64,000 bases of DNA from Velocimicrobium porci (GCF_009696045.1 NZ_VUMT01000013.1:14816-78815), one strand, 5' to 3'; shown: positions 45,009-56,295, counted from the first letter of the stretch. Program-made: numbers and translations. The notes: generated from the letters alone by a model not told the origin.

Positions 45009-47504
45009 TTAAATACTTGCTTCTCTTAATTGCTCAATTAAACTGCCTTTTCGTAAAACATGGTAAGATACAATTGGAACAATAATACAAATAATAAAGC
45101 TGACAGCAAATACCATCCCATTTTCTAATATCGGAATCGCAAACGGAACTTGATATTTGTTTGTAATTGTAAATACAAAATAACTAAGCGGAGTTCCTAT
45201 CAAAACGACGAATATCCCTGTAATAAGCCAATATCCCAAGCCTTCTAAAATAAGAATTTGCTTTAACTGTCTTGATGTCATTCCTATACTTTCCAGTGTT
45301 GCAAACTCTCTCATTCTATCCTGTATTCCTGAGGCCGTCATGTTTGCATAATTCAGAATTGCAAGTATTGCTAAAATCAATCCAATTCCTCGTCCCAAAA
45401 TCATAATTTGCTTTTCCGACTGTTTCATTTCATCATAATCACTCATTTTGGAACTAAAAGAAACTAACTTTGCTTTCCCATGAAAAATTTTTTTAATTTG
45501 TTTGTCTATTTTACTTTGAAAAGGTTTATCGTAAACAATATTTAAAAGTTCAATAAGAGGCTCTTTCTTTATTTGTTTCAGATAAGCATCACTTACAATA
45601 AAATCCGGCATTATACCTGCTGCATAATAATTTGGACCTTTTTCCGCTTCAGCATCAATCTTAATAGAATGTGACTCTTTCTTATTCTCTCCCGGAAAAT
45701 AAAACATTATATCTTTTCCAACCGATTCTTTCGCAGAAATACCGAGTCCCGGCTCAACGATAGCAACTTTCCCTGCAAAAAACTCTTTTTCATCGACCTG
45801 CTTTTTTAAACACTTATTTATCATCTCAAATCCATTTTTATCTACAGCTACAATTTTTCCCAAAAACCTACTGTTTTCAGGATGCAATTTATATAACTTC
45901 AAATCCTCTTTATAATCTCCCACGGCAACCGGAGAATTATAAGCCCGCTTCAAAAATGCACCAAAAGCCTTATCGTTATACGGAATTACTACATCTGATG
46001 ACATTACCTTCTGTACAGAACTAACTCCTTTCACTTGTTCTATTTCCTTAATCAAATCATCTGTCAAAGCCTGTTGCTCTTTGTCAGAAGATATCGTTTC
46101 ATTTAAAACCCGAAAATCATAGCCGTAATATGTATTTAAGATTCTCTCTGCACTGTTTGCTTTTACTAATGTATTTACAGTCACAAAGCTTGTAAGTGCT
46201 ACAAAAAATGAAAGAAATATAATAACTGCCTGTTTCTTATTCCGAAACATATTTCTCCAAGCAATATGAATCAATTTTCCACCATTCGTACTTTTGCTAA
46301 ATTTCTTTTTTTCTTTGACCTCATTATACCTTAAAGCTTCAATCGGAGAAATCATTCCTGCGATTTTAATTGGTCTTCTGCTGCTTACATATACTGTCAC
46401 AAGGGCAAATACAACTGCTACAATAAATATTTCCAAGGAAAGTCCTGTCGGTTGTCCTGCCGTTATCGTTGAGTTTGCGATTCGCAATATTGCAGGAACT
46501 ATAAAACCGGACACCGCCCCTCCTAAGAATAGTCCCAAGGCAACTCCAATCATTGTATCCTTTGATATCTGTTTATAAACAATTCTTTTTATTTCTTTTG
46601 ATGTAAAACCAATCGTCTTTAATTGTCCATAAAACCTTATTTCTTTTGAAACAGAAATATATAAAATATTATAAATAAAAAGATATCCACTAAGAATAAC
46701 AAGAAATGCCAAAATAAAAATTGCTATAGCAAACTTCATAAAATTACTTAATAAATCATAGTCTGCAAAAATCATTTGGTTATTTTCCATTCCAATCTGC
46801 TGCTCCAACATTTGAATTTGTGATTTTGAATACAGCGGATTTTTTAATGAAATATTCAAATACCCTTGTGTTAAATCTGTCTGTTTAGCACCAGTAGTAT
46901 CATAAAAAGCCTCCGATACAAATCCTTTGGATTGTCCGGAATAATCCCGGAAATATCCGGAAAGGTACAACTCTTTTTCGTTCAACTGTCCATCTTTTGA
47001 CAGCTCTTGATAAGTAATATCCAGTTTCATTCCAATTTCCGGTTCCTTAATACCAAGCTCTTTCAATGTCTGTGTTGACATCATAACTTCATTTTCTTTT
47101 TCCGGATAGGTACCTTTAAGCATTTCAAATGCAGGAATACACTGATAGTTCCAGTTTGTTTCATCGCTCCAAAACAAACGAACATGTACAGGCTTTTTTT
47201 CATATGACTCAATTACTGCACATTTTACATTTATACCGGCATGTTTAACCAAACCTATCTGTCTTGCTTTTTTTACCTGTGCTTTCGTCGGCTCTGGAAG
47301 CTGTACATCATATTTCATTCCTTCCATCATACAGGAACGCCTTGAAATAGCATTCCAATAACTGATTCCCATACTGCTTATGACTATTATCATAAAAGTT
47401 GTCAATACAATCGCAACAATAATTAATACATTTTTACCTTTATCAACCAAATACTTTTTATTGGATAAATCTCGTATTACATCATCCTTTTTTACATTTT
47501 TCAT
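45009..47504 (-). CDS. ABC transporter permease with two FtsX domains (MacB/YtrF-like, 831 aa)
   Basis: Two TM bundles separated by large extracytoplasmic domains. A 4-bp start/stop overlap links it to the upstream ATPase remnant. Confidence 0.8.
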   Translation of the reverse strand: MKNVKKDDVIRDLSNKKYLVDKGKNVLIIVAIVLTTFMIIVISSMGISYWNAISRRSCMMEGMKYDVQLPEPTKAQVKKARQIGLVKHAGINVKCAVIESYEKKPVHVRLFWSDETNWNYQCIPAFEMLKGTYPEKENEVMMSTQTLKELGIKEPEIGMKLDITYQELSKDGQLNEKELYLSGYFRDYSGQSKGFVSEAFYDTTGAKQTDLTQGYLNISLKNPLYSKSQIQMLEQQIGMENNQMIFADYDLLSNFMKFAIAIFILAFLVILSGYLFIYNILYISVSKEIRFYGQLKTIGFTSKEIKRIVYKQISKDTMIGVALGLFLGGAVSGFIVPAILRIANSTITAGQPTGLSLEIFIVAVVFALVTVYVSSRRPIKIAGMISPIEALRYNEVKEKKKFSKSTNGGKLIHIAWRNMFRNKKQAVIIFLSFFVALTSFVTVNTLVKANSAERILNTYYGYDFRVLNETISSDKEQQALTDDLIKEIEQVKGVSSVQKVMSSDVVIPYNDKAFGAFLKRAYNSPVAVGDYKEDLKLYKLHPENSRFLGKIVAVDKNGFEMINKCLKKQVDEKEFFAGKVAIVEPGLGISAKESVGKDIMFYFPGENKKESHSIKIDAEAEKGPNYYAAGIMPDFIVSDAYLKQIKKEPLIELLNIVYDKPFQSKIDKQIKKIFHGKAKLVSFSSKMSDYDEMKQSEKQIMILGRGIGLILAILAILNYANMTASGIQDRMREFATLESIGMTSRQLKQILILEGLGYWLITGIFVVLIGTPLSYFVFTITNKYQVPFAIPILENGMVFAVSFIICIIVPIVSYHVLRKGSLIEQLREASI

Positions 47505-47962
47505 AACTTGTCACCATAAATCTTTCCGTCTTCTAACCGAATCTTTCGCTCCGCCAGTTCTGCTATCCCGTTATCGTGTGTAATCATTATAATTGTCTGC
47601 CCAAATTTTTTACTTGACATCTGAATCAGGTCCAAGACATCCTGACCTGTTTTACTGTCTAAGTTTCCAGTCGGTTCATCCGCAAGAATAATTGCAGGTT
47701 TTGTCACAAGTGCCCGCGCCATTGCAACCCGCTGTTGCTGACCTCCCGATAAATGATTTGGCATAGTATGTATTTTAGAACGAATTCCAAGTGCTTCTAT
47801 AACAGTATCTACATACTCTTTATCAATTTTTTGCTTATCAAGTTGAATTGGCAAAACAATATTTTCATAAACGTTAAGTAATGGAAGTAAATTATAATTT
47901 TGAAAAACAAAACCAATATTTCTTCTCCAAAAATATGTATATTTATTCCGTTTTTGCGAATA
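47501..47962 (-). pseudogene. 5'-truncated MacB-type ABC ATPase (Walker A region absent)
   Basis: The reading frame is open only from 47962. It encodes ...RNKYTYFWRRNIGFVFQNYNLLPLLNVYENIVLPIQLD..LSGGQQQRVAMARAL..ILADEPTGNLD. An in-frame TAA lies at 47963-47965, inside a -10 box. There is no ATG or GTG start and no Walker A. The ~75 N-terminal residues have no coding space before sigA. Confidence 0.5.
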
Positions 47963-47990
47963 TTATAAATCCATTTTTTGCATATGTCAA
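47962..47990 (-). promoter_or_regulatory. perfect consensus sigma-A promoter (TTGACA-17-TATAAT) abutting the truncated ATPase
   Basis: The minus strand reads TTGACAtatgcaaaaaatggattTATAAT. Confidence 0.55.
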
Positions 47991-48098
47991 TTTTTTCCGT
48001 TCTACATTTTTTTACATTATTCTACATTAATTTTCTTCCCGTTCTCGACACCATTTCCCCGATTTCCTCATTTTTCTACTGGAATTTTACAACAATTT

Positions 48099-48107
48099 AT
48101 GATATAA
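48099..48107 (+). promoter_or_regulatory. putative sigA promoter with an extended -10 element
   Basis: TGATATAAT (TGnTATAAT) lies ~40 bp upstream of the sigA ATG. There is no good -35 element. Confidence 0.35.
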
Positions 48108-48146
48108 TGATATTTGGTGACAATTTTGCCAACTGGAGGAACTAAC

Positions 48147-49280
48147 ATGAGTGATACAATTACAAGCTTTGAAGAAAAGCTACGTGCTTTAGTGAAATTA
48201 GGAAAAGATAATAAAGGACTTTTGGAACTTGAAAAAGTAAATGACTTTTTTAAGGAATATAATCTTGATGCAGATCAAATTGATAAGATCTACGAATATC
48301 TGGAAACAAACAGTATTGTTGTACTACAAAACAGCGATCCGGACGAAGGTCCAAATGATGATGCCTTATTGGAATTGGAAGATTCTGATTTAGTAGAAGA
48401 TATTCATGAAGATTTTAACGAAGACTTAATGGCAGGCAGTGGTGTTATTATGTCTGATGACCCTGTGAAACTTTATTTAAAAGAAATTGGAGGCTATCCT
48501 CTTCTTTCAATTGAGGAAGAAATTGAATTAGCAAAAAAAATTGAACAGGGAGATGAAGCTGCTAAAAAAACTTTGGCAGAATCGAATCTACGTCTTGTTG
48601 TAAGTATCGCAAAACGATATGTAGGACGTGGTCTTTCTTTTTTAGATTTAATTCAAGAAGGTAACCTTGGTCTTATTAAGGCCGTAGAAAAATTCGATTA
48701 TACAAAAGGATATAAGTTTAGTACATATGCAACATGGTGGATTCGCCAGGCAATTACCCGTTCCATCGCGGATCAGTCAAGAACAATCCGTATTCCGGTT
48801 CATATGTCTGAAGTAATTAATAAAACATATCGTGTATCCCGAAGCTTACTTCAGGAATTAGGTCGTGAACCTACCGAGCAGGAATTAGCAGAAGCTATGA
48901 AACTTCCCGTTGAAAAAATTCGTGAAATATTAAAAGTTTCCGCTGACCCAATTTCTTTAGATACTCCAATTGGCGAAGAAGATGACAGCCATTTAGGCGA
49001 CTTCATCAAAGACGATACAATTGTAGGACCTGAAGATGCTGCAGCTTATTCGGTTCTCCAAGATCAGATTTCTAAGCTTCTTGACACATTAACTGAACGT
49101 GAACAACGTGTCCTAATTTTAAGATTTGGTTTAAAAGATGGTCGCACCCGGACATTGGAAGAAGTCGGAAAAGAATTCAATGTTACAAGAGAGCGTATCC
49201 GCCAAATTGAAGCAAAAGCACTTCGTAAATTAAGACATCCTAGTAGAGCCAGAATGTTAAAGGGCTATGATAATATATAA
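48147..49280 (+). CDS. sigA: RNA polymerase sigma factor RpoD/SigA
   Basis: Region 2 ([13 protein letters not shown]), regions 3 and 4 ([38 protein letters not shown]). The start is the ATG at 48147 with a GGAGGA RBS. Confidence 0.95.
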   Translation: MSDTITSFEEKLRALVKLGKDNKGLLELEKVNDFFKEYNLDADQIDKIYEYLETNSIVVLQNSDPDEGPNDDALLELEDSDLVEDIHEDFNEDLMAGSGVIMSDDPVKLYLKEIGGYPLLSIEEEIELAKKIEQGDEAAKKTLAESNLRLVVSIAKRYVGRGLSFLDLIQEGNLGLIKAVEKFDYTKGYKFSTYATWWIRQAITRSIADQSRTIRIPVHMSEVINKTYRVSRSLLQELGREPTEQELAEAMKLPVEKIREILKVSADPISLDTPIGEEDDSHLGDFIKDDTIVGPEDAAAYSVLQDQISKLLDTLTEREQRVLILRFGLKDGRTRTLEEVGKEFNVTRERIRQIEAKALRKLRHPSRARMLKGYDNI

Positions 49281-49395
49281 TAATAAGCACTTGAACCTCC
49301 CATCACTAAAGTGAAAAGATTCTTAAAATAATAACCATCTTTTATTGATATATTAACTAATAAAAGATGGTTATTTATGTAACTCAAAAATTATT

Positions 49396-50418
49396 CTATT
49401 GATATCCATCAGGATTCATACTTTGCCATCTCCAAGAATCCACACACATTTCTTCAATCCCATATTGTGCTTTCCATCCCAATTCTTTTTCCGCTTTGGA
49501 AGGATCTGCATAACACTGTGCAATATCCCCTGCTCTTCTAGGTTTAATTGCATAATTTATCTTCCTTCCACATGCTTTTTCATAGGCTTTCACAACATCA
49601 AGTACACTATAACCTTTGCCGGTTCCAAGATTATAAATAGAAACTCCTTCTTTCGCATTCAGTTTCTCAATTGCCTTCACATGACCAATCGCTAAATCAA
49701 CGACATGAATATAATCTCTGACACCAGTACCATCCGGAGTATCATAGTCATTTCCAAACACTCCAAGACAATCTAATTTTCCAACCGCAACCTGTGCAAT
49801 ATATGGAACAAGATTATTTGGAATTCCTTTCGGATCTTCTCCAATTAAACCACTTTTATGTGCTCCAATTGGATTAAAATACCGAAGTAATATTACATTC
49901 CATTCGGAATCCGCTGTATGAATATCCGTTAAAATCTGCTCTAACATACTTTTCGTCTGTCCATACGGATTGGTAATGACTCCTTTTGGACAATCCTCTG
50001 TAATTGGAACAAATGCCGGATCTCCATATACCGTAGCAGATGAGCTAAATACAATATTTTTTACTCCAAACTTTTTCATAACCTGGCAAAGAATCAATGT
50101 GCCTGTGATATTATTATGATAATATTCCAATGGCTTTGCAACAGATTCTCCAACTGCTTTCAGTCCTGCAAAATGAATAACGGAATCAATTGATTCTTGT
50201 TCAAATACCTTAATAAGCGCTTCTTCATCTAATAAATCAACTTGATAAAATTTAACCTTTTTCCCCGTAATTTCTTCAATCCTGCTTACAGCCTTTTCGC
50301 TGGAATTACAAAGATTATCAACAATAATAACCTCGTACCCCTGATTTAATAATTCTACACATGTATGACTTCCAATATATCCTGCTCCACCTGTTACTAA
50401 TATAGACATAGTATTCAT
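49396..50418 (-). CDS. galE: UDP-glucose 4-epimerase
   Basis: ILVTGGAGYIGSH and YxxxK (YGQTKSM), NAD-dependent epimerase family. Confidence 0.85.
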   Translation of the reverse strand: MNTMSILVTGGAGYIGSHTCVELLNQGYEVIIVDNLCNSSEKAVSRIEEITGKKVKFYQVDLLDEEALIKVFEQESIDSVIHFAGLKAVGESVAKPLEYYHNNITGTLILCQVMKKFGVKNIVFSSSATVYGDPAFVPITEDCPKGVITNPYGQTKSMLEQILTDIHTADSEWNVILLRYFNPIGAHKSGLIGEDPKGIPNNLVPYIAQVAVGKLDCLGVFGNDYDTPDGTGVRDYIHVVDLAIGHVKAIEKLNAKEGVSIYNLGTGKGYSVLDVVKAYEKACGRKINYAIKPRRAGDIAQCYADPSKAEKELGWKAQYGIEEMCVDSWRWQSMNPDGYQ

Positions 50419-50605
50419 CTCCCTTTATAATTCGTATCAATTACTAATGATACCCCATAATATTTTTGTAACCTGAAAATCATTTTACATTTTCTTATTC
50501 TATCATTTTTTCTAGCTTCTTTAAATAGCAAAAAATCCAAAACTTGTATACTATCCGCTCAACTTTATAATAACCACATGATTCTAAAAAACATCTTGCG
50601 AACCT

Positions 50606-51598
50606 TTATCTCCATAGATAATCCGGATATAATCCTTCCTTTTTCAATTTTTGGATTGCCTTCACTACCATTTCCTTGTCTTCACGATATGTAACCCCAT
50701 ACCAGCGATCCATTGATTTCATAACTTCAACCGTTGCTTTTTCTTCGTCTAGCAGCTGTCCTACAACGGATGGAAGGAAATATTCACATTTTAAAGGATT
50801 GTTAACAAGGTTTTCTTCTAAAAACGGAGCAAAACGTTCCTCTAACTCTTTCATAACACTTTTTCCAAAGCCCCAAAGATTCATAGACACTGTACTTTCC
50901 TTTGGAATTACTGTCCATGATTCTCCTTCATCCTCAGTATAGGCAGCACCACCATTTCTCTTTTCAATATGAACACGTTCATTAATGTTCTGAAGGTATC
51001 CATTCTTATCGATCTCACAAACCCCTCTTGCCACATGACCATTTTCAGTCAGTGTATTTTCTAACACATAGCCTACCATTGCATAACGATATTTTTCATC
51101 GTCTTGTTGGCTGCATAAGAAATTATACATCATCTTATAAGCATGCTTACCATAATAATCATCCGCATTGATAACAACGAACGGACCATCAATCATGTCA
51201 CGACAGGCAAGAATTGCGTGCCCTGTTCCAAATGGTTTTATTCTTCCTTCCGGAACTGCAAATCCCTCCGGTAAATCTGTTAACTCTTGAAACGCATATC
51301 GTACATTAATAAATTTTTCAACCCGATTACCAATACACTCTCTAAATTCTTTCTCATTTTCTCTCTTAATAATAAAAATAACTTCCTCAAATCCAGCTTC
51401 TATCGCATCATAAATTGAAAAATCAATAATAATATGCCCTTCATTATCAATTGGATCTATTTGTTTTAATCCACCATAACGGCTTCCCATTCCTGCTGCC
51501 ATAATGACTAATACTGGTTTCTTCATCTTTACACCAATGCAGTCCTCAATCCAAGCTACTTGGACATCCTGCACATTTTCCTTTCTTTCTTGATTCAC
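50606..51598 (-). CDS. sugar-phosphate nucleotidyltransferase (NTP_transferase superfamily)
   Basis: PVLVIMAAGMGSRYGG is the glycine-rich nucleotide-binding loop. The gene is adjacent to galE. Confidence 0.6.
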   Translation of the reverse strand: MNQERKENVQDVQVAWIEDCIGVKMKKPVLVIMAAGMGSRYGGLKQIDPIDNEGHIIIDFSIYDAIEAGFEEVIFIIKRENEKEFRECIGNRVEKFINVRYAFQELTDLPEGFAVPEGRIKPFGTGHAILACRDMIDGPFVVINADDYYGKHAYKMMYNFLCSQQDDEKYRYAMVGYVLENTLTENGHVARGVCEIDKNGYLQNINERVHIEKRNGGAAYTEDEGESWTVIPKESTVSMNLWGFGKSVMKELEERFAPFLEENLVNNPLKCEYFLPSVVGQLLDEEKATVEVMKSMDRWYGVTYREDKEMVVKAIQKLKKEGLYPDYLWR

Positions 51599-51825
51599 TC
51601 TTATACAATATATATTAAAAACATCTGCTATACAAATTCAGTTGTTTTACTAATCGGTTTGGAGAAAAACCTGTCTACATTATATTCATCTTATTCCCAC
51701 TTGTAAATAACCTACTTCCAACAAATATGAATTTATTCTCTTTCTTTACCATATTCATACTCATATAAAATGTTACGCAAAAGCTTTCTTTCCTAATATC
51801 CTTTAAAATTAATTTAAGTAGAGGG

Positions 51826-52050
51826 TTACCCCTCTACTGCTCTAATAATCCTTTGAAAAAATTGTTCCAGTTCTTCCATCATAATTCGATTATTTCTGTA
51901 CTCTTGTCTGATTACAAGCTTCCCATGCTCTACTGATACATCCAGCTTACCATTTGTATCTTTGCAGTACTCTTTCATTAATTGATTTAGCTCTTCTGTC
52001 TGATTTTTTATTTTAAAAAATAACTCATTCTTTCTCTGTTGTTCCTTCAA
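51826..52050 (-). CDS. hypothetical small protein (74 aa)
   Basis: Only an ORF. A perfect hairpin, GTAGAGGGttacCCCTCTAC at 51818-51837, overlaps its stop. Confidence 0.3.
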   Translation of the reverse strand: MKEQQRKNELFFKIKNQTEELNQLMKEYCKDTNGKLDVSVEHGKLVIRQEYRNNRIMMEELEQFFQRIIRAVEG

Positions 52051-52265
52051 ATCAATAAGACACTCCTCCTATGTAATTAATGATTTCTTTTAACGTTCTC
52101 TATTATAGAACAGACGTTCTTTAATGTCAAATTATTCTTTTCAAAATATTTATAACAAAAGAGGCTTTCGCTATAAACACATTATATCTTTCTTCCACTT
52201 AGAAAGAAAATGTGCTAGAATGAATTAATATCACAATACTAAAAATAGTATAGGAGCTGAATAAT

Positions 52266-53435
52266 ATGGTTTCATTACTCGCTAGATTTTTTATCAAGGA
52301 CTACAAAAACACAAATTCTCCTAATGTACGAGAATCTTATGGTATTTTATGTGGTTTTGTTGGTATTGCCTTAAATGTTCTTTTATTTCTCGGAAAATTT
52401 TTTGCAGGTACATTAAGTCATTCGATTTCTATTACAGCGGATGCTTTTAATAACCTGTCTGATGCAGGTTCATCAACGGTAACCCTAATTGGCTTTAAAT
52501 TAGCCGGTCAAAAACCTGACACCAATCACCCATTCGGACACGGACGACTTGAATACATCTCAGGTCTAATCGTTTCCGGTGCAATCCTGCTGATGGCTTT
52601 TGAACTGATTCGTTCTTCCGTCGGCAAAGTAATTCATCCAGAGACGATCGAATTCAGTCTGCTTGCAACTGCCATTCTTATTATTTCTATTTGTGTCAAG
52701 TTATATATGGCATATTACAATAATCAGATTGCAAAGCGCTTCGATTCTGCTGCCATGAAAGCAACCGCAACCGATAGCCTAAGCGACTCCATCGCAACCT
52801 GCGTTGTTTTACTTGCGTCCTTTATTAACAAATGGACGGGGTACAATATTGATGGTTACTGCGGTATTCTTGTAGGATTATTTATTTTATATGCAGGAAT
52901 CAGTGCAGCAAAAGATACACTAAACCCACTGCTTGGCCAACCACCTAAAAGAGAATTTGTAGACCAGATTTACTCCATTGTTTTAGCACACAAAGAAATT
53001 TTAGACATTCATGATTTAATTGTACACGATTACGGTCCCGGACGGGTCATGATTTCCCTTCATGCAGAAGTTTCTTCTGATGGAAATATTCTTTTTCTTC
53101 ATGACATAATTGATAACGTAGAAAAGGAACTAAAATCAAAATTATCCTGCGATGCTGTTATACACATGGATCCAGTCGCTGTTAATGATAAATTCGCAAC
53201 CGATCTAAAGATGCAGGTAATTTCGATTATCAAAGGAATCGATCCGATACTGTCCCTTCACGATTTCCGAATCGTTACAGGTCCTACCCATACAAACATT
53301 ATTTTTGACCTTGTAATCCCATTTTCCTATTCTATAGAAGATGAAAAATTACTTTTACAAATTCAGCAAAAAATGAAAGAATTAAATCCGACCTATTTTG
53401 CGATAATTCAAATTGATCGAAGTTCTACTTTATAA
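52266..53435 (+). CDS. cation diffusion facilitator (CDF) family metal efflux transporter
   Basis: A six-TM N-terminal domain with HS...D and H..D motifs, plus a C-terminal cytoplasmic domain. Confidence 0.8.
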   Translation: MVSLLARFFIKDYKNTNSPNVRESYGILCGFVGIALNVLLFLGKFFAGTLSHSISITADAFNNLSDAGSSTVTLIGFKLAGQKPDTNHPFGHGRLEYISGLIVSGAILLMAFELIRSSVGKVIHPETIEFSLLATAILIISICVKLYMAYYNNQIAKRFDSAAMKATATDSLSDSIATCVVLLASFINKWTGYNIDGYCGILVGLFILYAGISAAKDTLNPLLGQPPKREFVDQIYSIVLAHKEILDIHDLIVHDYGPGRVMISLHAEVSSDGNILFLHDIIDNVEKELKSKLSCDAVIHMDPVAVNDKFATDLKMQVISIIKGIDPILSLHDFRIVTGPTHTNIIFDLVIPFSYSIEDEKLLLQIQQKMKELNPTYFAIIQIDRSSTL

Positions 53436-53550
53436 CTAGTATACCCTTTTAAAAAGTTAAGAATTGTTTTTAAGTTTTTTTATTTGACGTATCTATTAAA
53501 AAGTAATACAATTGCAAAAGATATTACTATATAGATAAGAAGGGAAAATT

Positions 53551-53946
53551 ATGAAATATATCCGACAATTCGGAATTATCCTAGTCATCACCTTTGTAGG
53601 AGAGCTTTTAAAAGCTTTCCTACCACTTCCAATACCTGCAAGTATATATGGTTTATTACTTATGCTTGGACTTTTAATCACCAAAATCGTTCCACTAGAA
53701 CAGGTAAAAGAGGCAGGAGATTTTCTAATTGAAATAATGCCACTAATGTTTATTCCAGCCGCAGCAGGGATTTTACTTTCTTGGAATACAATGAAAGAAA
53801 TTTTAATTCCTTTAATATTAATCACAGTAATTACCACAATTCTTGTAATGGCGGCTACAGGAAAAGCCACTGAACTCATTCTAAACCTTGGCTCGGCAAA
53901 AAGCAAAGAAACGGAGGATATCTGTCATGAAGAATCTACTATGTAA
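53551..53946 (+). CDS. lrgA: CidA/LrgA-family holin-like protein
   Basis: A 131-aa four-TM protein, MKYIRQFGIILVITFVGELL. Confidence 0.8.
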   Translation: MKYIRQFGIILVITFVGELLKAFLPLPIPASIYGLLLMLGLLITKIVPLEQVKEAGDFLIEIMPLMFIPAAAGILLSWNTMKEILIPLILITVITTILVMAATGKATELILNLGSAKSKETEDICHEESTM

Positions 53947-54619
53947 TTCCCTTTTCTTTGGAGTTGCAATTAGCATAATTGGTTACGAAATTGGTCTTTC
54001 TTTAAAGCGTAAATTTAAATGGAGTATCTTGAACCCACTGCTCATTTCAATTATCATCGTTATTGCTTCACTTTTAGTTTTAAAAGTAGACTATGACAGT
54101 TATTACAGTGGTGCCAAATATTTGAGCTATCTCTTAACTCCGGCAACTGTATGCCTCGCAATTCCGCTTTATCAACAGCTGGAATTATTAAAATCCAATT
54201 GGAAGGCAATTATTGCCGGCATAACCGCAGGCGTGATAACAAGTCTTACAACCGTCCTGATTTTATGCTTTATCTTTCACTTCAATCATGCTCAGTACGT
54301 TACCTTACTTCCGAAGTCCATTACAACCGCAATCGGAATGGGTATATCGGAAGAACTAGGCGGTATTGTTACAATCACGGTTGCTGTCATTATTATTACA
54401 GGTGTTTTCGGCAATATCATTGGCGAATTTGTGCTACGTATTTTTGTAATTGAAAATAAGATTGCCAAAGGACTTGCTTTGGGAACTGCTTCCCATGCAA
54501 TTGGAACTGTAAAAGCGATGGAATTAGGGGAAATAGAAGGAGCAATGAGCAGTCTTGCCATTGTTGTTTCCGGACTTTTAACTGTAATTGGAGCTTCTAT
54601 TTTCTGCAATTTTTTATAA
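53927..54619 (+). CDS. lrgB: LrgB/CidB-family membrane protein
   Basis: The start is the ATG at 53927 with a GGAGGA RBS, overlapping the lrgA 3' end. The protein is polytopic. Confidence 0.8.
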   Translation: MKNLLCNSLFFGVAISIIGYEIGLSLKRKFKWSILNPLLISIIIVIASLLVLKVDYDSYYSGAKYLSYLLTPATVCLAIPLYQQLELLKSNWKAIIAGITAGVITSLTTVLILCFIFHFNHAQYVTLLPKSITTAIGMGISEELGGIVTITVAVIIITGVFGNIIGEFVLRIFVIENKIAKGLALGTASHAIGTVKAMELGEIEGAMSSLAIVVSGLLTVIGASIFCNFL

Positions 54620-54708
54620 ACAAAATGCTTAATCAAAACATTTGTACATCAATCATAGCAATATAATACAAAACAGAAAGGATAGATATTTTCTATAGGG
54701 TGAAAATA

Positions 54709-55368
54709 ATGGGAAATTACACAACTGTTATCTTTGATTTAGATGGAACTTTATTAGCAACATTAGAAGATCTTACAGACAGTGTTAATTATGCACTTGC
54801 CTTTTATCATTTTCCTTTAAAATCAATAGAAGAAGTGCGTCAGTTTGTTGGCAATGGTGTACGCCGCCTAATGGAACTTTCCGTCCCTAATGGTACACAA
54901 AATCCAAAATTTGAAGAAACATTTGATTTGTTCAAAAAACATTATAATTCCAACTGTCAGAATAAAACAAAACCTTATGATGGAATTTATAACATGCTCT
55001 CTACGTTATTAGAACATCAGTATAAAATTGCAATTGTTTCAAATAAGATTCATTCTGCCGTTGCTGAATTGAATCAATATTATTTCAAAGATTTTGTCAC
55101 GGTTGCAATTGGAGAAAAAGAGGGAATTGCCAAAAAACCTGCTCCTGACACCGTAAACGAAGCACTGCGACTTCTTGGCTCAACTAACGAAGAAGCTATT
55201 TATATTGGTGATTCTGATGTTGATATCGAAACTGCAAAAAATGCTAAAATGCCTTGTATTTCTGTTACATGGGGTTTTCGAGATAAAAATTTCTTACTTG
55301 CTCATGATGCAAAAATATTAATCGATAGACCAGAAGAATTACTTGCGACTTTAGAAAATATAGAATAA
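54709..55368 (+). CDS. HAD-superfamily hydrolase (phosphoglycolate phosphatase / PpaX-like)
   Basis: FDLDGTL motif I, SNK motif, GDSDVD motif IV. Confidence 0.8.
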   Translation: MGNYTTVIFDLDGTLLATLEDLTDSVNYALAFYHFPLKSIEEVRQFVGNGVRRLMELSVPNGTQNPKFEETFDLFKKHYNSNCQNKTKPYDGIYNMLSTLLEHQYKIAIVSNKIHSAVAELNQYYFKDFVTVAIGEKEGIAKKPAPDTVNEALRLLGSTNEEAIYIGDSDVDIETAKNAKMPCISVTWGFRDKNFLLAHDAKILIDRPEELLATLENIE

Positions 55369-55375
55369 TCAAAAA

Positions 55376-55440
55376 TAAAAAGCAGAATTTTGTAACTAAA
55401 ACCGCTAAGACAAATACATATTACAAAATTCTGCTTTTTT
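55376..55440. terminator. bidirectional terminator hairpin between the convergent HAD and patatin genes
   Basis: AAAAAGCAGAATTTTGTAA(N25)TTACAAAATTCTGCTTTTT is a 19-bp stem flanked by A and T runs. Confidence 0.55.
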
Positions 55441-55455
55441 TATCTTTAAAGTTTG

Positions 55456-56295
55456 CTACACCTCAAACAATTGTTTAATTTCATCCATTCGCTGTTTTGC
55501 CAAACGCACTCCCTCGTCATAAGCAAATTGCAGCTTTTTCGTGTCCTTTTCAAAACTATTGATTGGCACTTCCGGACGAATAACAACTGCTTGTCCTTCT
55601 CTTTCCAATTGATTACAAAATGCAACTGTTTCGTTATACGCTTCATGCCGATGCAATAAAATCTTAGCCAGTTCTGGATATTTTTTATTCATCAGTTTTG
55701 CCGTTAGTCTGGTTGAACGACCCAATTTCTTTTGATAATCCGCCGTTCTCGTAAGCACAATCAAGTGCTTCTGATTCCCATCCTCAATTGCCTTCCGAAT
55801 CGGAATTGGATCACAAATACCACCATCAAAGTATGGTATATTGTCTAAGTAAATTGCTGGAAAGAACATTGGCAATGCACAGGTTGCTCTTAACATCGTG
55901 AAATTTTTATCCATCTCAAGTCCATTTTTATATTCTGGCTTTGCTGTTAAGGCATTACTAACGCCAACTAATATTGTTCCTTCATAGCTTTGATACGTCT
56001 CCCAGTCAAAAGGCTCCAATTCATTCGGTATCTCCCCAAAGATAAAATCTAACCCAAATAAACTCTTCTGAACCTTATAATTTTTGACTCCTAAATAACG
56101 CTTATCATTTCTGTATTTCATTCCTATATCCAAATTCCGCTTTGCCTGTTTGGATATATAAGAGATTCCATTCGATATTCCAGCAGACACTCCTATACAA
56201 TACGGAAACATTATCTCTTCCTCTAATAACGCATCCATAACTCCACAACTGAAAATTGGTCGAAATGTACCTCCTTCTAGTACTAAGCTAGGCAT
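55456..56295 (-). CDS. patatin-like phospholipase
   Basis: The MPSLVLEGGTFR...GVSAG patatin motifs are present. The start is the ATG at 56295, with GAGGAG 9 nt upstream. Confidence 0.8.
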   Translation of the reverse strand: MPSLVLEGGTFRPIFSCGVMDALLEEEIMFPYCIGVSAGISNGISYISKQAKRNLDIGMKYRNDKRYLGVKNYKVQKSLFGLDFIFGEIPNELEPFDWETYQSYEGTILVGVSNALTAKPEYKNGLEMDKNFTMLRATCALPMFFPAIYLDNIPYFDGGICDPIPIRKAIEDGNQKHLIVLTRTADYQKKLGRSTRLTAKLMNKKYPELAKILLHRHEAYNETVAFCNQLEREGQAVVIRPEVPINSFEKDTKKLQFAYDEGVRLAKQRMDEIKQLFEV

